A stretch of DNA of 64,000 bases from Thalia democratica (lineage: Eukaryota), in assembly GCA_965202585.1 (NCBI GenBank), contig OZ241830.1, forward strand, positions 67,828,001 to 67,892,000, in the 5' to 3' direction. The position numbers and the translations under genes were made by a program. Shown piece after piece: positions 25,868-38,208 of this stretch. The notes under the pieces are model-generated. The model ran no database searches, was not told the origin of the DNA, and saw nothing but the letters and a program-made list of their open reading frames with translations. How positions within the stretch are numbered: position 1 is the stretch's first letter; every line of letters begins with the position of its first letter.

Positions 25868-28553
25868 TTGTAACAGCATATCAAGCTGCATTTGGTATTT
25901 TTTAATTTTAATGGAAAGTATTGAGAACTCTCTTGCTCATCCATGCGTTTAAGAGAAAGCTCGTAAGGTCAAGTGTTTAACTGATGCAATTCTTCATTTG
26001 CATACTACAGCCATATATAAACACTCATCAAGTGAAAGAGATTTCATTCAAGCCAGGCCTTGCTGAAGTAAACATGTAATTCTAGTTAGACAATTGTGTT
26101 GTTTTATGAAAATTTTTATGTTTAAGAAGGATTTTTTCTCATAAGTATTTTTATAGTTTTAAGTTCAAGCAGTTAATTTTTTTTTTTTAATTTAAACATT
26201 CTCAAAATATACCTTATTTAGATGTAAATTGTGTTTAAAAGTTTTAATAAAATAATATCTTAAGCATATTGCTTTGAAATTTTACATAGTTCTTTGTAAC
26301 TGTTAGTGTTTGCATTTGTTCTTAAATAGAAAATATATTCATTTATGACGTCCCTTGTTTTATATAGAGTAGCCCTACCCCTAAGTACTATCTAATGTTA
26401 GTATATATTAGTATAGAGTAGTTAGGTTAATGTTATTTATTTATTATGGTTAATACTATTGACTTGTAACATACTATAACAATAAGTTTATTTATTAAAT
26501 AAACCACATTATCTGTAAGTTACAATATACATTTTATTACTTTATCATCTTTCAACTTACAAAACAAAACATCTGGAATTAAAGAAATAATAAATATGGG
26601 ACAATATTACATATACTTATGTTTCATAACAAATACTCACTACACTTACCAGTTGAATTTTTTACCTTGATAGTTTTTATAACTGAACATAATTTTTGTA
26701 ATGTGCAGGACGTAAGTTTAATGTGTGTGTTAAACACTAAAAACCTTAAGTAAAGTTCAATTTGATTTATTTTTTATTTCAAACAAAATACTCAACGCAA
26801 TCTTTAATTTTTAGGTATAAATCATAACTTATTTTTTTTACACTGAATTATTTTCTTAAATCACAAGAAAATAAAAGTTTAATCCTATAGGTTTTATAGA
26901 AATTTTTTTTTTCAACATTATAAAAAACTTAAACTATAATAACTCACTAAGGTCACTTTTTTACTTAGTTTAGATTGATATTTGTAAAACACACCTTTTG
27001 GCTTAAATACCCTTTTTTAAAGTGCTAACTAGTAATAATTTTATTACCATCTACAAACTAAAGAAAAATATATTTTTTATAATATGAAATTGTGCTAAAA
27101 ATTTGTTAAAAATAGCTATTGAATAGTTTTATACTCTCGTTATAAATTTATTTTGAGCATATCTAATTTTTACCACTTACAAATATTAGAGAAATTTATT
27201 TTAACATATAAGCGATTAAAATTTAAAAGTTTGAAATTTTTTTTTTTTCAAGACAAAAATTTTCACTAAAATTGTATCTCATCTTACACTTATTTACACG
27301 TTTTAGGAGGGTGATTAGACTGACTTCTTGAAGCCGGTGCGACCCCTAAAAAAAAGAAAACATTGTTTAACCAGAATGTTTAAAATTGTTTATTTTGTTG
27401 TATTAGTTTTAACTTAATTTTTGAATAATGAATGCTGGTTTACATTACGAAAGTATTAAAAGTCATTTGTTTCTGTGTAAACTAGCTGGCCCTAAACATC
27501 AGCTGAGAGATTTTTAGAGTTACAAACACATTTCGATGACACAGAGCATCAAAAATTTATAGGATCCTTAACGTGTACAAAACTTGTACGAATTTGCATA
27601 AAGTTTTCAACTTAAATTGCTACCATTAATAAATCAAGATTATGCTTAGTTTTTGAACTAAATACAAAAAGTATTAGCTAAGTATTTATTATATAGCAAT
27701 TACTGAGAATGATAAATTAAATTAACTTCCCGCACGTCTTTAAATTAAATATTTTCATACAAATATTCAATTTTACATTTTTAAAGTTTTGGTTTTTATA
27801 GTTCACCAAAAACTAACCATGTCATCTTAGACACTAAACGGCGAAATTAAAATAATGACATTTTATCATTGAATTAGATTTAAATAAAAATATGTTATGT
27901 TGCTTTTTCTTTAAAAAAGACTTTGTAACCTATGGATGTTAGGTACCTTAAATACACACTTAATCTATACTAAATATTGATACTAATAATACTTGGGGCT
28001 ACTCTATATAAAACTAGGCATGACAATAAATGAACATGTTGCATTAAAGAACAACTGCGAAAATTAATAAGAATATAAATAACATCATACTTTAGAAACT
28101 ACTTTAAATGTATTCAAAACTTTACACACGAATCAATCTAACAGGATTATACTTTTACAATGTATGAAACAAAATAAGATTCAACTACTTAAGACATTTA
28201 ATATAAAAGTAAAATTGTTAATCAATTACTTTAAATAACACAAGAAAACAATATAAGTGTCTATTCAACATGAACAACATTTTTACTGCAGCAGGCTGTG
28301 GCTAGGAGTTAGGACCCCTACTACTTTCTGTTGCTGGTTTATATAGAAGCGTTCTTAGCTTTATGCAACATCACATCAGTAATTTGTTGTCTTCACTTTA
28401 TTTTCTCCTTGTGTTAATTGTTTTAAACTTGCACTAGTATAAAATTTGACCTTTCAAGCTTTCATTTAACCGCTTGAATGAACAATGATACTAGCTCAAA
28501 ACTTTCCATCAAATCTAAACAGTAACCAAGTGCAATCAAGTATCCTGTTACAA
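25868..28553. repeat. Nested inverted duplication, unit copy 2
   Basis: The same arm anchors as copy 1 are present: ttgtaacag at 25868-25876, tatcctgttacaa at 28541-28553, and the gttttatatagagtagccc / gggctactctatataaaac pair. Confidence 0.78.
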
Positions 28554-29514
28554 CTTATAATACCAAATTCTAATAACAAAATAATTTGTATTTTTTAGGT
28601 AATTTCTAAGTCATATTTCTAAAATTTGTCAAAAGAAAATACTTAAGTTTTAATTAAACTTATTGATAGAAATTGATTTTATTTGTAAAGGTAGTTTGGA
28701 TTCAAGTTTTTGAAACAAAATAAAAACATTAAAATGTTTAAAAGTATTTATTGTTGTTTTTCAAAAAAAATTTGCAGGTTAAACATTTTTCCGTTCAAAA
28801 TAGGTGATTCTAATAAATGGTTCAACCGAATTACTTCTCTAAGTTTAATAAATAGTATGTTAAGCTTTTTGTGAAACTAAACCTTATACTTGTTTTTATA
28901 GAATACGACTGTTATCATATTTTCTTTATGTTAACTGTCATGGTCAATGCGGAAACTTCTATTTTTTCTAAGTACAATGTACACAATTAATAATAAATCA
29001 ACATAAGACTATTTACCAACTGATTTTACTGAAAATTTTATCTGGTAGTACTTTAGTTTATACCTAGATGGTTTCTACTTCTTGTACAGGTTATTGTTTT
29101 CAAAGTAGAATTTTCAGTGAAACCATGAACAAACATTATCAAGTGATAAAATGAACAAACTCATATTACAGATTAGGAAGGATAAAAAGATTTAATAACA
29201 GCTTGAAATTAAGTTTGAAAGTATAAGCTGGTTGATAGCTATTGAATATTGCTAAAAAATATATACAAGAATGAACAATGATACTAGTTTAGTATTAATT
29301 TTTATAAATACATATATTTAATTTTGCTAAAATAAACTAATGCTATAATAGATTAGTATATATTTACTTCTTTTTCTAAAGTGTTTTGTTTAACGCTGTT
29401 GTAGTAAATACTCTACGTTATAAAGAAAACTAATTTCTTAAAAATGCAGAAAGTAAACTATAATTTAATATTTATAGGTAAGATAATAAAACAAATTTGT
29501 CATCACAAGAAAGC

Positions 29515-30831
29515 ATGCCAAAAAAAGTTTATCAAAAAGATGTCCGTGCAAACTATCCTGAAGAAGTTAGTACGAAGCTCCCAAGTTGTCCACAAATTTG
29601 TAAAAATTACAAAGTTGATGAGTTTTGCAAGATTTGCAAAGAGAATGCTCAAGGAAGTTTGATGACAACAAAATTAAATGACTTTTCAGAATCAGGTATT
29701 AAAAATGATTTGGTATATTACTTTTTTTTTTTTTGGAAGCTCAGTCTAACCTCTAAATTAAACTTCATTTTTGACGTTATTAATTCGTTTTAAACGTTAA
29801 ATTTAATGTACAAGTGTCAAATATTTATTTTTTATTCAAAGTTTGATGTTGAAATAAATATGAAACGTTTTAAAAAAAAAGTTAAACAAGTTAAAAGAAT
29901 TATATAATTCCGTAAGTATTTATACAAAAAACTAAAAGTATAAACTACTTGTAAAAGCATTTTTTCAAAACAATTTAACAGGCTTTACATTTGTATTTTA
30001 TAACTAACTTTACTGCTCATAAAAATGTTTGTGCAAACGTATACACTTTAAGAAATAAACTGTTTAAAGGAAATTGCTAGTGTTGTAATTGCTTTTTTTC
30101 TCTAATAACATTAAATATATTAACTTTTAAAAAAGATCAGAAAATAGAGATGAAACAAGTTGAAAATTTTATACAAGCTTAGTTTTATAAAACTATTGTT
30201 TTATTACTTTTACAAAAAATATATAAAAAAAAACCTTAATTATTACATTGACTTATTCTAATAAGACTTTGTTTAAATTATTTCTTAACCGTTCTACTTT
30301 GAACTATTTTTTTCAGTTACAATTAATTTTTTTTTTAAATGTTTTATATTAGAATGGTCACAGTTTTCTTCAACAGAATTTTCTTTATAGGTAAACGCGA
30401 GTTTGAAAACGACGAATATCCCAAAATTATAATTCAGAACAAGCTTTCACTGAACGAGAACACAAATACGAGTTTGAAGAAACATATTGAAATCAAACTA
30501 ACAACCAAAAAGTTGCTGCTTATTTTAAGATAAGCGAAATCTACAAGCTACTTGCAGTTAGATTACCACAGCTTGGCGAAAGTGGTGCGCAGTTCTAATG
30601 TAAACGCCACCTCGGAACTCGAAGTTTTTTATGCAGCCACAGCTTGGTTGAGTAAAAATTTCAAAAAACGAAGCAAGTTTGCGAAAAGTCTTGATGCTTA
30701 AAATTCGTTTTGGCGTGCTGTCGGATCAAAGCTCAAAACGCATTTTGTCTAAAACACCAAAGTTAGCTGGAACGATCGGAGAAATATTAAAAGACGACTT
30801 TATCAAAAAATTACTCAGTTTATTTAGATAA
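29515..30831 (+). pseudogene. BACK-domain pseudogene, copy 2 (exons 29515-29695 and 30391-30831)
   Basis: Exon 1 is open for 60 codons plus 1 nt (MPKKVYQKD...FCKICKENAQ...SES) and ends at a gtatt donor. Exon 2 is a BACK domain with a frameshift, an internal deletion at AGCTA (30546-30550) and a +1 T at ~30691. Confidence 0.85.
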
Positions 30832-31469
30832 TATAAGGTGCAGTATACTTACAAATGTAGTTACAAATCTTCACAGTACTAAAAAAAATATTTAACTTGA
30901 GACATTAAGTAGAGTAATTCAACTTTTTAGTCTTATTTTTATGTTAGGTAAGTAATAAAGCATTTACATGCTATTTTTTAAAAAAGTAACATGAGATATC
31001 AGCAATTAAAGTTTGAAAGTGTTGTAAGTTTATAAATAGATCTAAGTATTTCACTAAAAAACTATCTACTTTTGTACCTATTAAGTATTGTTTTTAGAAT
31101 ATTCTTAGTTTAATATAAAGTTTTACAAGATTATTTTAATAGTTTTAGGGTTGCCAACAACTTAAGAAATGTAAGAAATTCTAAAAAATCTCAGAAAGAC
31201 TCAGGCGAGTTTGGTATATTGTTATACAGGATGACTCAAGTACTTTATTTATAAAACCAATTTGGGAATACTCTAAAATTTTTACAATTTTCAATCAAAT
31301 TCCAGATTTTTTAGATGTTCAGTGAGATTAAGTGGTTGCAGTTTAAATATTTTGGTTTTTTAATATTTTACAAACAGAATTATTCAAAAACCAATTTTTT
31401 TAGATTTAAAAAAAAATATCTAAATGTTGATTCTTTCTTAAAAAGTATTTAAATAAAAAACTCCAGAAT

Positions 31470-32003
31470 ATTCAATGCAAGGATAGGTTTTTTTGACTCA
31501 AAGAGACAATCCTACGATTGCTACTTGATAAAAATCAAAAAAGAATTAGGCTACTTTGTTAGATCTTATTGGTAAAAGCATAAAAGTGAACAAAAAACTC
31601 ATAACATACTCAATTCTGTATTTATAGTCTCAATCTTCTGAAATATATAAAATACTTAAAAAAATTTGAAACAATGAACTTTATATGTTTACTCGTTAAA
31701 AACAGACTAGAGTTATAATTTAAATAAATCTATTAGACTATTCAATGCAAGGATAGGTTTTTTTGACTCAAAGAGACAATCCAACGATTGCTACTTGATA
31801 AAATTCAAAAAAGAATTAGGCTACTTTGTTAGATCTTATTGGTAAAAGCATAAAAGTGAACAAAAAACTCATAACAATCTTCTATATTTATAATGTCAAT
31901 CTTCTAAAATATATAAAATACCTAAATAATGTGAAACAATGAACTCTATATATTTACTCGTTAAAAACAGACTATAGTTAAAATTAAATTAATCTATTAG
32001 ACT
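31470..32003 (+). repeat. Tandem duplication of ~270 bp specific to unit copy 2 (31470-31739 and 31740-32003)
   Basis: attcaatgcaaggatagg...tctattagact occurs twice head-to-tail here, but only once at ~8626-8892 and ~54542-54810. Confidence 0.95.
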
Positions 32004-33917
32004 TGAAATGAAAAACAATAATACCAGCTAGACTTTGCTTATCCAAGTCAATGAGAAAACCAGTAGTAAGTCAAAACAAATTGGTAGTAAAAATACTATC
32101 TAACAATTATATAACTTTAACTTTTAGAAATATACCCTCAAGTTTTATTTTAAGTATATGTTTTCTCGTCAACAACTTAATTGAAATTCGGGTGTAAAAA
32201 TTGTCAGCATCAGTAGACTTAGATTGTGATAGAAGAAGGGTCAGTTTAATTTTTTTAAGATTTTAGGAAAAAGATATCGATAAGTTGTTTTGCAAAAAAA
32301 AAAATTAACGATTTATTAGTAGTATCAAAACGTTTAAAATAATTTTTAAAGTATGAAATTAACGTTAAGTAAAAGATTTTGTAGTCCATCTTGAAACTTT
32401 TAGAAACTTGAATAAAAATGTTATATAACTTTTAGTTCTGGCTGCTAAACACTTATCAATTTACAATAAAATCTACTGCAAAATTTCAAAAGCAATAAAA
32501 TAACTAAAAAATGAATAAAAGTAGTCAAAGAACAAGCACTCATCTTTACAAGCTAAGAAAAAGTATAATAAACACAGACTATTGTTTCACAAAACACAAA
32601 AAGACGTCGAAGAAATTTACAGAAAAATCCGCAATTAGTAACTGTTAAACGACAAAACGCAGTAAGAAATCGGATCACAGGATTAACAACTTGGAAAAAA
32701 GATATAATAACCGATGTTTATTTAAACTCACTACCAACTATATTTGAAGTAGGACATAATCAATTCATACTTATATTCACTTAAGACGAACACATTTTCG
32801 CAATTAACAATTTGTTGACAAAAAAAAAGATTATCAAACTAAAGCTATTTAGATATAAATTGAAAAATTTGACAGCTTAATATTAAAAGAAGCTGGCGAG
32901 AAAATTTATTGCAGTACTTGTATGAATGATGAAGCAATGACATCATAATGATTCAATTGATTTTTAGCCACATCAATTGAATAAGAATTTGTTTTTAAGC
33001 TAGCTCAATTGTCTAATTTGTAGGTATAACTACAGTTTGCAAGAAGATGAAATAAACTAACAACGATTAAAAAATACTCTATACTTTCTAAGTTAATACT
33101 TCTAAAATCTTTATTAGTTTGATTAGAAGTTGAAAACTTAACAATGAAATTAGAAAAATAAAAATTTCATGTTCTTTCGTATTATCTTGATTATGGTTAT
33201 TTTCAAGGATACAGATTTATTTTTACTATTTATGATTTCTCTTTTGATGTGCTACTTTTAATTGTTTTATCAAAGTAAAGTCTTTTAATAAATAAATTTA
33301 GTCTAAAATTTAAAATATAATTTATCGTATAAAGTAGAACTAAAACAGTTAAGAAAACCAACTATTGGCTTAACTATACTGAAAGTGGACTAAAATCTTA
33401 AAAATAATATCTTTTTATGCAATTTATAAAAAATTATTTCAAAAAAAATATTATTTAAGTATATATTGCGTTGTTTTGTTTTTTTGAATATCATATATAT
33501 TTCTGCCGTTGAAGTTTAAGCATATTACAGCCTAAAATATTTAACATAATTCAGTTAGATGTGTGTATTTAATTGGTTATTAAACTAAAATTGATGTCAA
33601 TCTTTTAACTTAATACTACTTTCTTACTAGTTAGTCATGAAGTTACTCTAAAACTACAGTTGAAACTGTATTAAGATTTTGCATAAAACTTACTTTTTTA
33701 TTTTAAATTTTATGTTTTAAATTCCATATTTAAATTAAACAATTTTATTACACTCAAAAACAAAACACATTTATAACTCTTTCCATAAAACAAGTAAAAA
33801 ATGTTATGACAAATTTATTTTTACTGTTAAAATTATTATGGATACATAGATCAGATGTTTATTTTTATTTTAATTTTAAAAAAATAACTAATTTTATTTA
33901 GGCAGGTTTAACTTAAA

Positions 33918-35665
33918 ATGAGTTTTAAATTATCAAAAAATCGTAGAAAAAGCTTTAGTTTAGTTAAAGCATGCAAAAACAATGCTCGAAAGATAAATGA
34001 AAACAAAAATGAGATAAAAATTTTTGAAACAGGTTTGTTTTTCGTTTTAAAATATGTGTTTCGGAAGTATTTATTTATAAACCTTATGATTATTTTGTCA
34101 ACTTCAGATTTGCTATTAAACCAAGTTACCTCTGGATTATTAGAAAAAAAAACCATTTTTCTAAACGCTTCAATTATATTTTTTAATTGCTTCATAAATA
34201 ACAAGTATTTAAAGTTAAGGTTTGAAAATAAAAGGTGTTAACTAATACTTTTAAAACATTTTTAGGTAGGAAAAAATCTAAAGAAGCAATGTTTGTATCG
34301 GCTTTTAAACTAAATAAACTTTTTCTACTAACAAACGTACCAAAACTAAGCAGAAAAATCGAAGATAGTTTAACTGTTCAAAATGTATCTACATACTACC
34401 AGATGTCATACATTTACAATCTAAACGTTCTATTTAAAAAAACGTTCAGCTTCATTGAACGTTGTTTTGTAGTGGTTGCTGAAACTAAAAACTTTTTAGA
34501 AATAGAAGACATTTTGATTGCAAGAATAATGGGTAGTTCTGGATTAAAAATTACTTCAGAATTAGAAGTTTTCAATGCTATAGATAGCTGGACTAGCTAC
34601 AATACACAAAAAAGGAGCAAGCATGCAAAACATCTTTTTTTAAAGGTTCGGTTTCATCTTTTGCCCGATCGCACATTGAAACACGTTATTGATAAATCTT
34701 CATACTTTTCTAAAACTAAAGAACATGGTGCACTGTTCAATGCAGTTATGGGTAACAAAGACAATTTTCCAAAAAAGTTGCTAAACAACTGCTACACCCA
34801 TAGATATTGCGACCAACATGATTTTGATATAGTTATTTGTGGAGTTTTAGATGAACATTTAAAAAACTCAAACAAAGTGTTTCACAAAACAATAGAAAAT
34901 GTGAAATTTATTACTCCAAAGAAACAAAAAGCAAATTTTAACCGAGTGGTTTGTTTGAAAGGAGAAATTTATGCAATAGCAGCAGGTAACTACATGTTTA
35001 AGGAAGACAAAACTGCCATCGAAAAATACATTGCAAAAACGAATACTTGGGAGAAAGTTTCACAAATAGACGACAACGGAGGACGAAGATCATTTTGCTG
35101 CTGCGCTTTCATGAACGAAATATATTTACTAGGCGGCCGTTACCGATGGTACGTGACTGACTCCTGCTTGAAGTTTGATGCAACAAGCCGCGCTTGGAAG
35201 GGAGTCACGGAGATGAGCGAAGCGCGCCAGCATGCGGCGTGCGCCGTTTTCCAAGGAAGAATCGTGGTTTGCGGCGGGGAACATGACGAAGATGAAAATT
35301 ACTCGGAAACGGTTGAGTCGTATGACGTCATCACCGACACTTGGTCGCCGATGCCCAGCATGATGGAAAGCAAAAGCAGGCACAGCGCAGTTGCGGTGAG
35401 AAGCAAGTATTACGTCATCTGCGAACACGATTTTTGCGAGGTCTTTGACAGCGTTTGTAACAAGTTTGTTGCCTTAAAAGAACCGAATCTAAAGTCTAGA
35501 CGAATGAGTGAAGCTGTTTCATTTGGCAGTAAAATTTTTGTGTTTCGTTTTACTGAACCTAGTTTGGTTGTTTATGATGTTGATAAAGACGAGTGGTCGG
35601 AGGAACTGTGTGAAATTACCAAAAATGTTCAATGTTTTTCCTGTACAGTTGTACCATTTTGTTAA
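33918..35665 (+). CDS. BACK-Kelch protein (Kelch-like, no complete BTB fold), the only open copy; exons 33918-34032 and 34266-35665, ~504 aa
   Basis: The 476-codon ORF contains a BACK domain (TSELEVFNAIDSW...KVRFHLL) and about five Kelch repeats (EIYLLGG..KFD...W; RIVVCGG..VESYD...W). The upstream 115-nt ATG exon ends ACAG|gtttgt and joins in frame to tttttag|GT. The splicing model is inferred. Confidence 0.9.
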
Positions 35666-37232
35666 TAAATTTGAAGTATTAATTGACTTGCTAAGTGCCA
35701 AATAATTGTATAAATGATTTTTAATGGCGTATTAAGGTTTTTTTCAGTGACGAAGATTTTTATTATCAAATAATTACTTTCTATAGTAATTTTTATCAAA
35801 ATACTTTTAGGAATAATGTATTTGTCTATTAAAATGCTAAGAAATTAGTTTAATTATTACAATCAAGCTTTTACAATATAATTTCTTAAAATTAAATATG
35901 TATTATTGTTTTAAGAAATTGTTTTTTTATTAATTTTTCAAATACTGTTTAATCTTGTTAAAAGTTATATTATTCTTTCATATTATAAAACAATTTATAA
36001 TTAAAAGTTTCTCTCTAAATGAGTTCATTTAACAGAAATCTTAAAACAACTAGAGTCGCTTAAAAAATGCTTTAGTAGAAATGTAGAAATATCGCATGCT
36101 TCTTCGCTTTCTTAATTATATAAGAGAAGAACTTAAAAAAATATTTATTTCTCAAGGCTTAAATATGTTAATTTTCAACATACTTTGCTTTTGGTAGAAT
36201 GGTTATCTTAAGTCACCTGCTAACTCTTTTTTAAGCTGAGTACTACTTAATCTACTATTATGCTTATGTATTCTTTATAGTGTGTATTTACTTTGTATAT
36301 ATTGTTATATGCTATATACAAAGATATAAATAAATACAGTAGTAGTAAAATTGTTTATATTGAACATTTTACCAATAAATGCTATTAAATTAGACATTTA
36401 AAACTATTTACATATGCCATACAAGCTGAAAAATATTAAACTAATTTATCTAAAAAATTAACTAAAATTTATATTTCTGTCACGTCATTTATTTCTGAAT
36501 TGAAAAAATATTGAAACTTTCTTAATGACTTTATCATTATGTCTACAAAAATTATTTTTTTATAAAAGTAACATAGTGTAAACAAAGAGATTATAGTTTT
36601 CTAATGTTATAAAAAAAAATAATAAAATGATGCACTTCAGTCAGAATGGTTTGAGAATCTAAAAAGATCTCAATTCCAATCTACAGCAGAAGGACCACGT
36701 GCAGGCATTTGCAAAATTATATTTATGCAAAATTTTAAAGTTATTCACTTTGCATAGCCATAATTTTGCAAAAGGTGCATCCCATCATATCTACAAACAA
36801 GTAGTTATGATGCCTTCCTTTTAATAATCGCAGCTTAGTGTGTTTTTGTATTAAAAAAATGTGTGTTTAGTTAGAACACCTTTTTAAAAGTAACAAAAAT
36901 AAATAGACATTTAAGTCAACTTAGCTGCAACTCTTCCCCTAGACTATATTTGCAAAATCCCTATACTATTCGTTTATTAACAGTCAACAACAAAATTATA
37001 CAAATGTACAAAAATATAAAAGCTTTTCTTATAAAAAGAGAACAGATTAAGAGATAATAAACTACTAATATTTGTAAGCGTTACAATTATTTCATTAAAT
37101 AAAAATCTTGTAAAACAATCAAACTTATAAAGCATTGTTAAACGAAATCAAATTACTAATTTGAAAGCAAGCATAATCAAAAACAAGCTCACAACAAATC
37201 AATGATAAGTACTATGCACTATAATAAAACAA

Positions 37233-38208
37233 TCAACGTTGGAAAAATTCATGATTCAAAGCAGCATCAGTAGTAGTTCTCAGTTGTGGGTTAAACTGTA
37301 GCATACTTTGAAGTAGGTCCAGTAGCAAGTCTTCATTTTCGTAAGTTCCATCAAAGGCATCTTCAAACTTCTTCTGGTAACTAATCTTTGGTTCTTCTAA
37401 ATCTTTTGTAAAAGTTTCCGGTGAATTTTCTATCATCTCTTTGCAACCATCTGGACAAAGACTTTTTGCTTGTTCAACTATTCTACGATTAACGATTTTT
37501 CTATCGTGGTCTTTTACTTTTATAATTTTCTTGTTGAAGAACATTCTAAATATAACACATCCTAATGACCATACGTCCACTTTTCGATCCAATCTTAGAG
37601 ATAAAGCCATTTCAGGACACCTAAAGTCTTTACTTATAAACCATCTATCTTTATTTTCCTTTTTCAAATCTTCTTCCTTTTCAGCGTTACCCAAATCAAT
37701 AAGTTTGATTCCATCAACCAATTCATTTTCAAAAGAAGACAGTACGACGTTAGTTGGTTTGATATCAGTATGAACTATATCATGTCGATGAAGAAAATTC
37801 ACAGCTTGAATTAGCTGTTTAGAATAGTCTTTGACATATCTTTTATCAAGCTTATTTTTAGATAGATATTCAGACATATTTAACCCGTGAAGAGGAGTCA
37901 CAAGATAATATTTATTTTTTTCACGGAAAGATTCTTTAAGATAAAGGCAAAGCTTGTTATTTTCATTGCTTATTTCCTTCAATATTGCGATTTCTCTCAA
38001 ATCATCTTTTTCTTTGTCTTCAAATACTTTAATTGCTACATGTTCTTTTTTGGTTTCATCGAAGTACTTTTTAATTTTTGCCACACCTGATTGGGCAATC
38101 TCCTCTACATACTTATACTTTTTGATTGAGTGCCGAATCTTATACTTCACCTCCCTCTGTTTTCTGATTTGCTTTCTCAACAACTTCTTTCAAACTTTTT
38201 GAACTCAT
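37233..38208 (-). pseudogene. Intronless divergent CMGC-like protein kinase, copy 2 (catalytic domain open, 5' end disrupted)
   Basis: The ORF at 37233-38183 has VAIK, HTDIKPTN, DLG, FRCPE, DVWSLGC and MLQFNPQLR. The homologous ATG (38206-38208) is followed by a TAA at 38140-38142 and a 4-bp TCAA duplication (38122-38129), so the kinase frame begins only at a TTG. Confidence 0.85.
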
